A stretch of 64,000 nucleotides of DNA from Octopus vulgaris (GCA_951406725.2 OX597822.1:75516001-75580000), one strand, 5' to 3'; counted from the stretch's first letter, positions 1 to 11,709 are shown. Notes: generated from the sequence alone by a model not told the origin. Numbers and translations are program-made.

Positions 1-403
1 TACTCTTTTACTTGTTTCAGTCATTTGACTGTGGCCATGCTGGAGCACCACCTTTAGTCGAGCAAATCGAACCGAGGACTTATTCCTTGTAAGCCTAGTA
101 CTTATTCTATCGGTCGCTTTCGCCGAACCGCTAAGTTACGGGGACGTAAACACACCAGCGTCGGTTGTTCAAGCGATGCTGGGGAGACAAACATAGAAAC
201 ACAAACATACACACACACACACATACATACATACATACATACATACATACATACATACATACATACATACATACATACATACATACATACATACGACAGG
301 CTTCTTTCAGTTTCTGTCTACCAAATTCATTCACAAGTCTTTGGTCAGCCCGAGCCTATAGTAGAAGACCGTAACCCAAGCTGCCACGCAGTGGAACTGA
401 ACC
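1..403 (-). mobile_element. SINE family B (tRNA-derived head, internal microsatellite, CR1-like 3' tail), lacking the extreme 5' end
   Basis: Reverse complement reads GGGTTCAGTTCCACTGCGTGGCAGCTTGGG...GAAACTGAAAGAAGCCTGTCG-(TATG)n-...GGTGGTGCTCCAGCATGGCCACAGTCAAATGACTGAAACAAGTAAAAGAGTA; more than 10 related copies in the window. Confidence 0.85.
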
Positions 404-539
404 CATTTTTTACCGGATTTTGCAGAGTTTTGACGTTTCTTAAAACATTTTTTTTTTTTGCAATTTTCTGATAATAGTCACAGACTTGCTCAGATGCATC
501 AATAAATTTCACATTGATATTTTTTCACCTTTGTTTCAA

Positions 540-848
540 TCATCTAAATATGGTTGGAGAGAAAATGCCTGTCACCTGATGTATATGGAAAAAGATGGAA
601 GGCTGTGGCGAGTTTGTTGCGAATGAACCCACATTGTATATCCATAAGGTTTATACCAAAGGTTACAGTCGAAGCAAAACCCGTCCCCCACTTCATTGTT
701 TGTGTATTTATTTTGCTTATCATTTGTTTATCATTCTACTATATAAATTTTTAACTTCATCTCTGAGTAAAAATCATATGCACCATCAACCTTTCTCTCA
801 TTTGTACCGTCCCTCTATGTCAGGCCCTCTTGTGGGCAATAAAGAAAA
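540..848 (+). mobile_element. 3' end of Tx1-like non-LTR retrotransposon (ORF2 C-terminus plus 3' UTR)
   Basis: LERKCLSPDVYGKRWKAVASLLRMN aligns with VERQVLSSECFKKRWVNVARMARMN in the 19221-19885 element; ends CCCTCTTGTGGGCAATAAAGAAA. Confidence 0.6.
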
Positions 849-879
849 CGTTGTTACAATCATCTGAAATAGAACTTTC

Positions 880-1080
880 AAAGCGTGATATTCGAGCACT
901 TTTACTATTCATCTCCAAAAAAAAGATGCAAAGCAGCTGAAACTACTCGCGATATCAGCGAAACTTTTGGTGAGGATTTGAACAGTCAGTGATCTGCTTG
1001 AAAATGGTTTAAACGATTTCGCAGTGGCGACCTCAGCCTTGACGATCAAGAGTGTAGTGGAAGCTCCTCTGTTATTGCTG
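880..1080 (+). pseudogene. Decayed mariner transposase N-terminal HTH fragment
   Basis: Broken reading DIRALLL...TTRDISETFGED...WFKRFRSGDLSLDDQECSG, typical of mariner/SETMAR-type HTH. Confidence 0.65.
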
Positions 1081-1157
1081 TTATTGTAAAAATAACCGAT
1101 TTCTTATTTTCTTTTCAAATTTATCAAATTTCTTTACCGATATTGTGTCATCTCTTC

Positions 1158-1495
1158 GCTATGAAGTGAAGTATGAGAGTTCCAGATAGTGGAAGGTAAT
1201 CAATGATATTTTCGGTGTAACGGTAGTTAGATTAAATAAGGAAACATTACTTCATTGAAAAATATAAGCCAAAATTTAACCATTTCTAGCAATTTCTAGC
1301 AATAAAGAAAATTACCTCATTGGAAAAAAATATAAAGCAAAACTTAACCACTTCTGACCTTCTATTCTTTGTAAACCAAATCATGCTAAATTAATAAAAA
1401 ACAGTCATTCCCAACATTTTTTATTATCTCCCTTATACCGAAAATGTCCCTGATTACCTTCCCCTGTCTGGAACTGTCATACTTCACTTCATAGC
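1158..1495. repeat. ~65-bp inverted repeat pair enclosing a ~65-bp tandem duplication (MITE/foldback-like)
   Basis: GCTATGAAGTGAAGTATGAGAGTTCCAGATAGTGGAAGGTAATC (1158) versus GATTACCTTCCCCTGTCTGGAACTGTCATACTTCACTTCATAGC (ending 1495). Confidence 0.75.
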
Positions 1496-1642
1496 ACAAA
1501 ATTTTATACACAAAATTTTATAACATTTTCCTGACATTTTAAATATATTCTTTAACGATATAAAACAAGTCTTCTGTAGTTTTGTCCCTCTATTTTGTCT
1601 TTTATACATCAAACCACACGACTTCACATTCCAACTTTCTCA

Positions 1643-1687
<45 letters not shown>

Positions 1688-1711
1688 CATGTCTGTATAT
1701 ACATATACAGC

Positions 1712-1768
<57 letters not shown>

Positions 1769-1792
1769 TGTATATGTATATACAGACATGCA

Positions 1793-1832
<40 letters not shown>

Positions 1833-2124
1833 TTCTTATGCTGGTGTGTGAGTCACTTTATTTAAGTATACTCGTAGCTGTGTACTTGTTTGTAACTCTC
1901 TCTCTTTCTATAGTGAGAGAGAGAGACAGAAAGACAGAAACAAGAGAGACAGAAACAGGCAGAAACAAGGAAAATGCCGCATGTATTTGAATACTATGCA
2001 ATTATTCGTTTAAAAAACTTTCTTTTAATTTTCCCAAAATTAAAAAATTTACTTTTTCCATATAGTTGAAAAAATCTCAATGACTGAAACCGGTATTGAA
2101 ATGTTATTTTAGAAAACTTTTTTT

Positions 2125-2174
<50 letters not shown>

Positions 2175-2244
2175 GTCTATATCTATCAATCTATTTGTCT
2201 GTCTATGTATGTATGTATGTATCTATCTATCTATCTACTTTCTT

Positions 2245-2301
<57 letters not shown>

Positions 2302-2470
2302 ATGTATGTATATATGTATGCAGTAATGTATGTCTTTTAAACTTAAAATATATAAGTACGTAAACTACAAGAAAGTACATGGAAGACATATGCCGCTGTT
2401 TAATGTATATATATGATAATTCTTGGAATGTTACTCTCAAACCTACGCATTCACATACACACGCATTCAC

Positions 2471-2508
<38 letters not shown>

Positions 2509-2957
2509 CTACCCACGCGTACATACATGCTTGATATACGCAAATGCTAAGGTGCCTCTGTTTATTGAATAATATAATCTATATACATTTCAATTCTTGG
2601 TAACTAAAACATAAATTAGTTCTTTAAAGATTGGATATGGAGCAGCTGCAATGACAACAATGGCTATCGCATCAGGAACAACAGGATGACGAACGTCAGT
2701 TATGGAAGCAAGTGAAAGTCTAATGGCATTACCACAAGGATGTTAACTATGTGCTTGTACTTTAGAAGCACAGCTATTATTCATGCTGGCAAAGAGACTG
2801 TCAGTTCGTTAATAAGATTCAAACGAAAATTGTAGCTGACTCGAACTCTCATATCTGGCAGACCAACAGCATAACTGTTTGGGTCATGTATATTTACTTC
2901 CACCGAAGGTGAGAGATAAAACTACTGGCACACACACACACACACACACACCCTCAA

Positions 2958-3000
<43 letters not shown>

Positions 3001-3084
3001 CTCTCTCTCTCTCTCTCATACACAGACATACACAGTTGCAATTTCACTTTAGAGTTTGGAATACATAAATGATATGAGTTATCG

Positions 3085-3505
3085 TTTATCTTTTACTTGT
3101 TTCTGTCATTTCACTGTGGCCATGCTACGGCATCGCCTCGAAGAATCATTAGTTGGATGAATCGAACTTATTGTTTTTTGTTTTAAACCGGACACTTATT
3201 CTACGGGTCGTTTTCGCTGAACCACTAAGTTACCGGGACGTAAATACACCAACAGCGGTTGTCAAGCGGTACTCGGGAACAAACGCAGATGCAAACACAC
3301 AAATGTACACTTACACACGCACACACACACACACAAACACACACAGACAGACAAACACACACGCGCGCACGCATATCACGAGCTTCTTTCGGTTTCCGTC
3401 TACCAAATTCTCTCACATGGTCTTAGTCGACCCGCGGCTATAGCAGAATGAATTTGCCCAAGGTCTTTTACAATGGGACTGAACCCGGAACCATGTGTTT
3501 TGGAA
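3085..3505 (-). mobile_element. SINE family B, diverged copy
   Basis: Same head, internal (CA)n-rich tract and tail order as 1-403. Confidence 0.75.
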
Positions 3506-3589
3506 TCAAACTCCTTATCAAATATTAATGCATGCATGCATAACTATAATTATCTACATAACATTTTCATTTATTCTTTTTTTTTTATT

Positions 3590-3856
3590 AATTTGTTTCA
3601 GTCATTTGACTGCGGCCATTCTGGAGCACCGCATTTAATCGAACAAATCAACCCTCAGGATTTATTCTTTGTAAAGCTAGTGCTTATTCTATCGGTCTCT
3701 CTTGCCGAACCACTTAGTTACGGGGAAGTAAACACACCAACATCGGTTGCCAAGCGATGGTGGGGGACAAGCAGAGGTTCACAAATACTTACATACATAC
3801 GTATCTATATACATGCACACATAGATACATAGATAATACATACATACATACATACA

Positions 3857-3892
<36 letters not shown>

Positions 3893-4160
3893 TATCGTGT
3901 TATCTACTATAGCCTCGGGCCGATCAAATCCTTGTGAGTGGATTTGGTAGACGGAAACTGAAAGAAGCCCGTCGTAAATCTCTCACTCTCTCTATATATA
4001 TGTGTGCGTGTATATGTTTGTGTGTCTGTGTTTGTCCCCTCAACATCATTTGACAACCAACGCTAGTATGTTTACGCCGCCGTAACTTTGCGTTTCGGCA
4101 AAAGAGACCGATCAAATAAGTACTGGGATTACAAAGAATAAATCCTGAAACAAGAAAAAG
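3590..4160. mobile_element. Two partial SINE B copies in opposite orientation separated by (TACA)n
   Basis: 3590-3790 is the minus-strand 3' half; 3897-4160 is a plus-strand 5'-truncated copy. Confidence 0.7.
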
Positions 4161-4265
4161 AATATATAATGTACTGATCCGTGATAGAAAATTAAACAAA
4201 AAAAGGTACTCCATCTGATGAGAGATAAATAATATTTATTTAAAGGTCACAATACATGTATTAAA

Positions 4266-4318
4266 ACACTACTAATAGTTTCGCAGGTTGAGAAAACTCA
4301 AGCATATTCCTCAGATGC
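4266..4318 (-). ncRNA. Type I hammerhead ribozyme, degenerate stem II base
   Basis: Minus strand reads GCAU-CUGAGGA-AUAUGCUUGAGuuuuCUCAACCUGC-GAAA-CuauuaG-UA-GUGU; core intact, stem I relies on wobble pairs, stem II only partly paired. Confidence 0.55.
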
Positions 4319-4369
4319 AAACTGCATATCATAACGAACTAAAATTCTTTAGCTTGTTTTATGTGGTTT

Positions 4370-4423
4370 GCGCCTGAAGAATATGTTAGAGTGTTTCAAA
4401 ACATATGAAACTATTAGTAGCGC
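4370..4423 (+). ncRNA. Type I (minimal) hammerhead ribozyme, intact core
   Basis: GCGC-CUGAAGA-AUAUGUU(loop)AACAUAU-GAAA-CuauuaG-UA-GCGC; 7-bp stem II, 4-bp stem I, predicted cleavage after A4419 (GUA). Confidence 0.8.
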
Positions 4424-4451
4424 TTTAATACATGTACTGTGACCTTTAAAT

Positions 4452-4545
<94 letters not shown>

Positions 4546-4570
4546 GATAATATATAGCTAGATAGATATA

Positions 4571-4732
4571 CGACCGGCTTCTTTCAGTTTCTGTCTAGCA
4601 AATCCACTCTCAAGGCTTTGGTCGGCCCGAAGCTATAGTAGAAGACACTTGCCCAAGGTGCCACTCAGTGGGACTGAACCCAGAACTATGTGGTTGGTAA
4701 GCAAGCCACTTACCACACACCCACTCCTGCGT
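4571..4732 (-). mobile_element. SINE B 5' half (tRNA-like head)
   Basis: Reverse complement GCAGGAGTGGGTGTGTGGTAAGTGGCTTGCTTACCAACCACATAGTTCTGGGTTCAGTCCC with A/B-box-like motifs. Confidence 0.8.
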
Positions 4733-4746
4733 ATAAATACATAATA

Positions 4747-5100
4747 TACGAGAGTTATACAGAAAGTTATGCAGTAGCAAGCATAAGTTTTTTATTTATT
4801 AGATGACAAATTTCACACGTTGGTAGGGTAGCTGTTCTTCTATAGAAATTCTTCTATTTCTTCTTCAATACAGACATTTGATTAGTTCCAAGCAGAGACG
4901 ACATAATGTCATTGAATTCTTCACAAAGGGTGGTGTGTAGTCTGTTCGACATTCATATAAAGCTATATGCTGCTTATAGAAATGACTCTATTGACAAAAG
5001 CAACGTGTACAGGTGGATGGAAGATCTTAATGAAAAAGAAACTAGGATTGAGAACAAATCAGACGGTCAGAGCTCATTAATTGCCATCACTGACAACTTT
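4747..5100 (+). pseudogene. Mariner-like transposon 5' remnant
   Basis: TIR-like TACGAGAGTTATACAGAAAGTT and peptide DIHIKLYAAYRNDSIDKSNVYRWMEDLNEKETRIENKS (mariner HTH). Confidence 0.55.
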
Positions 5101-5164
5101 TGTTAGCATTTTTGCTAGCGCTCTGGTTATTCTACCAGATCTACATCATAACAGTCCTTTTTAA

Positions 5165-5370
5165 TCGAAGGCACAAGGCCTGGGGGTTTTCGGGAATGGG
5201 CTACTCGATTACTTCGACCGTAATGTTCAACTGGAACTTATTTTATCGACCCCAAAATGATGAAAAAGAGAGAATCGACCTCGGCGGAATTTGAATTCAG
5301 AACGTAAAGCCAGATGAACTACCACTGAACGTTTTGTCCCGTACGCTAACGATTCTGCCAGCTCATCACT
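5165..5370 (-). mobile_element. SINE family A monomer (short tail)
   Basis: Reverse complement GAGCTGGCAGAATCGTTAGCG...TTCAAATTCCGCCGAGGTCGA...GGCCTTGTGCC. Confidence 0.75.
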
Positions 5371-5392
5371 TTAATAATAATAATGATGATGT

Positions 5393-5426
<34 letters not shown>

Positions 5427-5435
5427 AATAATAAC

Positions 5436-5466
<31 letters not shown>

Positions 5467-5483
5467 TTTATTATTATTATTAC

Positions 5484-5520
<37 letters not shown>

Positions 5521-6667
5521 TGGACTCACAAAATGTGTTAACGATGATGATGAGAAGAAAAAAGCTTGCCAGGCATACCCCATTACTACTATAAATACTT
5601 GAGAATACTTGAGGCAGATGGAATCAAACACCACGACATGAAGGAAAAGACAAAAGGAGAGTATCTGCGGTGAGTGAGAAAAATATTGGCTTCAAATCTG
5701 AAAGCTAGAAGCATAATTTCGGTAATAAACTCGTGCGCAGTCGCAGTAGTTTGGTTTGGTGCTAGAATCCTGAATCAGACAGAGGAAGAGCTAAAGGAAA
5801 TGGATAGGGAGTCAAGAAAGCTCCTAACGATGCATGGAGCGCGTCACCCACGTGCAGACACTGATAGCTTATGCATGAAGAGAGCAAATGGAGGAAGGGT
5901 ACTGATAAGCGTGGAAGACTGCGCGCGTATGGAATTCGAGAGTTTAATGAGATACCTGGCCCAAAGTAAGGAAACCTTGCTAGTGAAAGTTAGGAACGAG
6001 GGAGTATTGAGGGCAAAGAAAAAAAAGGAAAAACAAAGGTAGAAATGCAGAAAGGACATGAAGAAGAATTACGCAAGAAGGGACCACACAATCAGTTCTA
6101 TGTAGTCACAACAGAAGTTGCTGGAAAAATAGGATTGGCTGATGAAAGGAACCCCCCCCCCCCCAAAAAAAAAAAAGAAACCGAGAGCACTATACTGGCA
6201 GTGAAGGACCAAGCTTTGGCCTCGAACTGGAGGATCAACCCGAGGAATGAGTGAGTGACTTTGCTGTGCCGCATCTGCAACAGAGTGGATGAAACCATTT
6301 CCCATATCACGAAGGAATGCCCTAGACTTGCTCAAAACTACAACAAGTAGTAGCAACACGATCAGGTAACTGTTCAAAAAGTGGGGTCTAGAGAGAGACA
6401 AAATTTGGTATGAGCACAAATCGCAGAGAGTAGCAAAGTCTGAATCTAGCAAAATCCTCTGAGACTTCCCAATCCAAATAGAACAAGGAGCTGGAGTATA
6501 ACAGACCGGACTTATAGTGGTGGACAAGGGGCACCACATATGCTATATAGTTGCATGCCGCTTTGACCCACGAATAGTCAAGAAAGAAGGCGAAAAGACA
6601 GTTAGATATTAAGCTTCGTATATTTTAGCCCAATTTCACTTTGATAGCATGCACTGCTCTCTCACTC
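5521..6667 (+). mobile_element. Decayed R4/Dong-like non-LTR retrotransposon (RT C-terminus, zinc knuckle, restriction-like endonuclease)
   Basis: YKYL.ILE, INSCAVAVVWFG, HPRADTDSLCMKRANGGRVLISVEDC, CRIC..VDETISHITKECP, KIL*DFPIQ, RPDL-like motifs with stops and frameshifts; bounded by TAT/TAA repeats. Confidence 0.75.
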
Positions 6668-6851
6668 AATAATAATAATAATAATAATGGCACTCTTCTT
6701 TTAATTTTGGTTCTATATCTTTTGGAGGAGTTACCTCAATCCTTTATATATTAACCAAAATGAAGTAGATTAACAAAATTATTGTTTGAACCTGTTGAAG
6801 ATGTCGAAATATCGTTCGCTAGATGACAATGGCACTCTTCTTTTACTACTA

Positions 6852-6893
<42 letters not shown>

Positions 6894-7097
6894 TCTACTA
6901 TAGGCACAAGGCCTGGAATTTGGGGGTAGTAGGATAGTCGATTACATCGAATCCAGTACTTAATTGGTGTTTAATTTATCGACCCCGAAAGAATCAAAGG
7001 CAAAGTCGACCTCGGCGGAATTTGAACTCAGAACGTAGCGACAGACGAAATTCCGCTAAGCATTTCGCCCGGCGTGCCAATGATTCTGCCAACTCGC

Positions 7098-7102
<5 letters not shown>
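6894..7102 (-). mobile_element. SINE A monomer flanked by (TAA)n on both sides
   Basis: Matches the head and body of 9403-9805. Confidence 0.85.
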
Positions 7103-7144
<42 letters not shown>

Positions 7145-7146
<2 letters not shown>

Positions 7147-7403
7147 TCAGAAATATTCCTATCATAGTAGGCACATTAGGTATGATAAAAAAAAATATTC
7201 AGACAAATACATAACAAAAACACCAGACTAACAAGTATATGTAACATACAGAAAATAGTACTACCAGGCACGGCGCACATCTCACGTAAAACACTTTCAA
7301 TATAATAAAAATAAGAGCATCACAACAAACCACAGCAAATACCCAAGGAACACAGAGCTGCGCTCGGTAGTGCAGTGAATGCACGTGATAAAACTACTGA
7401 ATG

Positions 7404-7405
<2 letters not shown>
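7145..7405 (+). mobile_element. 5'-truncated R4/Dong-like 3' end within (TAA)n
   Basis: IPIIVGTLGMIKK...NIQKIVLPGTAHISRKTL plus a 3' UTR shared with 26862-27085. Confidence 0.75.
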
Positions 7406-7465
<60 letters not shown>

Positions 7466-8277
7466 GTAGATAGATCAAGAGCATGAATAGACATCGAAGC
7501 TAACGAATAAACTAATGAATAAGTGCACGAAGAGAATGAATAGGATTTTTTTGTGAATTCACTTATATAATGCCCGGCTAAATGCGAATATTCATGTTTG
7601 CGAGCCTGTGGTGGACGAACAAAGAAACGCCAAGACCAGTAGAGATGCAGAAACGTGTAATTTCAGCCATCTTTTGTTAAGTCCTCCTCAAAAAGTGCAC
7701 GAAAATTCAGGTATTTGTTTCCTCATTATTGCTGTATTACTCAAAGCTGAGTGTTTTCTATTTGCGTGTCCCACACAATATCTTCTGATTTGCATTCAAA
7801 CCTATTTTAGATTTACGTTGCAGCCATTTTGTATTTGTTTGAGTTAGATGGCAGCCATTTTGGCGAGAGGTTTACGACGAATCTGTGGGAGACTAAACTA
7901 CAATGGAAGGATAACATTTATATATTTTTATTTTTATTTCCTTTTTCAGAATGGAAAAAAGTAGATACTATGGATTAAAAATTAGCCCGGCAACCAGGAT
8001 TAGCTAACTTGCGCATTAACTGAGAAAATTAATAGTGTAATATTTGAAAATTAAGTCACAACTTTAATTTTTATCTAATTCAAAATGCGTGATATGTGGT
8101 TAATATCGTAATTATAAAGTACAGATTTAATACAGACTTACATCAATTTTGCTAATTATTATCACGCTTTCGCCCCTTAGATATAGGACATATAACAAAT
8201 TGTTTCTTTAGAAATAAATCAAAAGGTCGAAACGTGCTGTTGTTGATGATGATGACGATATTGACGATGATAATAAC

Positions 8278-8336
<59 letters not shown>

Positions 8337-8879
8337 CAACAACAATAAAATGTAATCAACAACAGTTCATAGCTGTCATGGCATTAATGAAATGCATTAG
8401 CGAAATAAATTAGATGCATGAGATAAATAGATATACAAGAAAATAATATATAAATGATTGCACAAATAAGCTAATAAGATTTCATATTAGTTTTCCCAGC
8501 CGCTGTTGCAGATGTACTTATATATATATATACACATATATATACTGAAGAAAGACGAGAGAGCAGCAATCTGACCTGGTTGTAAACTGCTGGTAGTGTG
8601 TTTATATTTGTCAATTAGATTTACCTTAGAACAAAATAGAAAGTTGTGATTTTTTTTTTATTTTAATTTTGTTTTATTCTAGAAAGTATAAAGAGAGAGA
8701 TAGCGTCCACACGTTAAGCTAAATATTTTTAGGAGCACTAGGCATACAATTTGAATGTATGTATGTGTATGTGTGTGTGTGAGAGAGAGAGAGAGAGAAA
8801 AAGAGAGGGAGACGGGGTAGTGTGAGGGAGAGAGTGCGAATGAGACTTATAATAAGCATATTAACATCGCAAGGATGGA

Positions 8880-9210
8880 AGGGGCATGGTTCAGTGGTTA
8901 GAGCGTTGTACTCACGATCATGAGGTAGTGAGTTCGATTCTCGGACCGGGCTGTGTGTTGTCTTGAGCGAAACACTTTATTTCACGTTGCTCCAGTTCAC
9001 TCAGCTGTAGAGATGAGCTGCGTCGTCACTGCTGTCAAGCTGTATCAGCCTTTACCTTTTCCCTTGGGTAACATCAGTGGTGTGGAGAGGGCAGGCTGGT
9101 ATGCATGGAAAACTACTTGTCCTCCATAAACAACCTTGCCTGAACTTGTACCTTGGAGGAGAACTTTCTACGTGCAATTCTGTGATCATTCATGACCGAA
9201 AGGGTCTTTT
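8880..9210 (+). mobile_element. tRNA-derived SINE (family C, CORE-like central region)
   Basis: GGCATGGTTCAGTGGTTAGAGCG (A box) and GAGTTCGATTC (B box), then CTTGAGCGAAACACTTTATTTCACGTTGCTCCAG; related copy at 43885-44180. Confidence 0.8.
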
Positions 9211-9402
9211 TGTTTCTGAACTGGAGTCCATATGACCCTCAAGGGTTCATATGATCTTTAGCGTTTCATACGACGCTTAGGGGTTCATATAAGATGTTGT
9301 CGTTAAAATGTATGTGCAATTAATCAGTTAATTTTCTACAATACTCAAAATAGTTTAATGATTTTTGAAATACAATTCTTAATAATATTAAAGAAAATAT
9401 AA

Positions 9403-9805
9403 GGCGGCGAGCTGGCAGAATCGTTAGCACGCCGGACGAAATGCGTAGCAATATTTCGTCTGCCGTTACGTTCTGATTTCAAATTCCGCCGAGGTCGACT
9501 TTGCCTTTCATCCTTTCGCAGTCGATAAATTAAATACCAGTTACGCACTGGGGTCGATGTAATCGACTTAATCCGTGTGCCTGTCCTTGTTTGTCCCCTC
9601 TGGGTTTAGCCCCTTGTGGGTAGTAAAGAAATAGGTATTTCGTCTGCCGTTACGTTCTGAGTTCAAATTCCGCCGAGGTCGACTTTGCCTTTCATCCTTT
9701 CGAGGTCGATAAAATAAGTACCAGTTGCGTACTGGGGTTGATCTAATCGACTGGCCTCTTCCCCCAAAATTTCGGGTCTTGTTCCTAGAGTAGAAAAGAA
9801 TATTA
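9403..9805 (+). mobile_element. SINE A dimer: head-body-long tail-body-short tail
   Basis: GGCGGCGAGCTGGCAGAATCGTTAGCACG head; body (GTATTTCGTCTGCCGTTACG...ATCGACT) present twice. Confidence 0.9.
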
Positions 9806-9934
9806 CAAAATTATAAAAGGACATCGGGGTCCAGGAGGGAGAAATATAAATCAAAGGGATCTATATGCAAAAAGTGGGTAAGAACCACTGAATTAAAAGG
9901 AATCTGATAAGTTGTGAGATAAAGTCTTTTGTTT

Positions 9935-10125
9935 TGTTCCTAATTAATTTTAATCCTTCTTTTTCTTCAACTATCTTTACAAATCGGTCAATGATGTATT
10001 CTTCATTTTTCACGACTTCTTGCCAACGTTTCCCAAGCTTGTCTAAACCTTCCGGGTAGAAAGCTCGACTTGAGAAACGTTTTCAGCTCCATGTCGTTGT
10101 TGAATGAAACTCCTCACAGACTGTG
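9935..10125 (-). pseudogene. Mariner transposase C-terminal remnant
   Basis: GVSFNNDMELKTF...FYPEGLDKLGKRWQEVVKNEEYIID*. Confidence 0.65.
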
Positions 10126-10381
10126 ACTGTCATAGCAAAATATAATTTGCAGAACTATACACGAGACGTCCATACGAGATTGAACGTGCATATAATTTTG
10201 TATCTTTTCATTTGTCTTGCTCGCTTACATTCTGGCGTTTGCTGAACTTTCTTGAGAACAATTATTATATGTATATATGTATGTGTATGTATATATATAT
10301 ATTTGTATGTATGTATATTTATATGCATATATATAGAGGTATGTAAATATGTATGTGTATATATAGGTATATATGTGTATG

Positions 10382-10433
<52 letters not shown>

Positions 10434-11709
10434 TGTATATTCATATGTATATATGAATGTGTAAATGTGTGTGTGTGTATTTGTATTTGTGCTTGTCCCT
10501 CTTACCGCATGACAATCGGTGTCGGTTTGTGCATGTCCATATAACTTAGCGCGGCTGCCGTCGCCACAAACAACCACCAACACCTCATCTATCACAGCTA
10601 CCAGCGGCTGCACCATCACCACCACCACATCCATCACAATCAATGACCATCAGCACCAACATCACAGCTACATCCACCACAGTTACCACCACTACCACCG
10701 CTACCACCACCACCACCACCACCACACTTACCACTATTATCATCGTAACTATCACCACCACCACCATTCTCAAGATCATAAAGGACACGGCTATAAAGAA
10801 TGCCACCTCCACCGACACCAACCATTATTCCACCACCTCCGATATCGCAAGCACAAATTATAACACAACCACAATAATCTCCAACAATTTCACCAACACC
10901 AATAAAACCACCATCACCACCACCACCACAATCACGACCACCACCAATAACGACGACAACAGCAACAGCAACAATACCACCACCTCCGTTTCCAGCATGG
11001 ACACCACGAACGACTCCATCACTAATATCACCTTCACCATCTTCGTCCTCGCCACCACCTTCGAATATTCGCCTGAGACATTAACTATTGCTGATTGCAT
11101 CTTTAATTATTAAAAGAGGCACGTGTACGTATTAACCGCGGATTTTTGACGCAATAAAAAGCTATCAAACAAAACACCATCACATAGGGGTCAACGTTAT
11201 CGCAAAGAACCACTGCAAAGAGGTCCCACAGAGGGCCATCATAAAGAATTATCGCAAAGGGGTCACTCTAAACTAAATTGTATTGTAAACTACAATCACA
11301 AAAAGGTAATAGAATCTATTCACTGCAATGATCAAGTGAATTTAGCCATTACCCCTGTACTACCATACTGAGTTGAGTGGAGTGGCTCAAACTGGTCGAT
11401 GAAATTGTTTGAAATAGCAGCTAAATGTCCTTAAAATTAAACACTACCATCTTGAAAAAGAACATATTACGGGTGCTAAAAAGTGATGTCGTATTTTCAA
11501 GCAAATAGTTTGACGTCATACCACAAGAGGATCCATATCAAACTATCAGGAATTTATCAAGGAGGTTTAATAAACTTTGGTCCACCGTGCAAGATAATTT
11601 CAAGCAGGTTGGTAAAAAATGTATAAAGTGGGGTGGGAGGACCAGAGAATCAAGGCTACATTCAGTGAAGATAACCCAAGAACAGATAAATCCATTAGCC
11701 TGATAATTC

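Larger units (their letters stand above)
4233..4456. mobile_element. Imperfect ~224-bp palindrome made of two inverted HHR-bearing arms (Penelope pLTR / retrozyme-like)
   Basis: TATTTATTTAAAGGTCACAATACATGTATTAAAACACTACTAATAGTTTC at the left end pairs with GAAACTATTAGTAGCGCTTTAATACATGTACTGTGACCTTTAAATAAATA at the right end. Confidence 0.8.

Noticed and set aside
8880-8950. tRNA gene (also 16790-16861 and SINE heads)
   Set aside because: A/B boxes are present but the acceptor stems are broken and the sequence continues into SINE bodies.
10643-11113. 156-aa Thr-rich mucin-like ORF
   Set aside because: Translation of a decayed (ACC)n tract; several frames are open and there is no splice or signal evidence.
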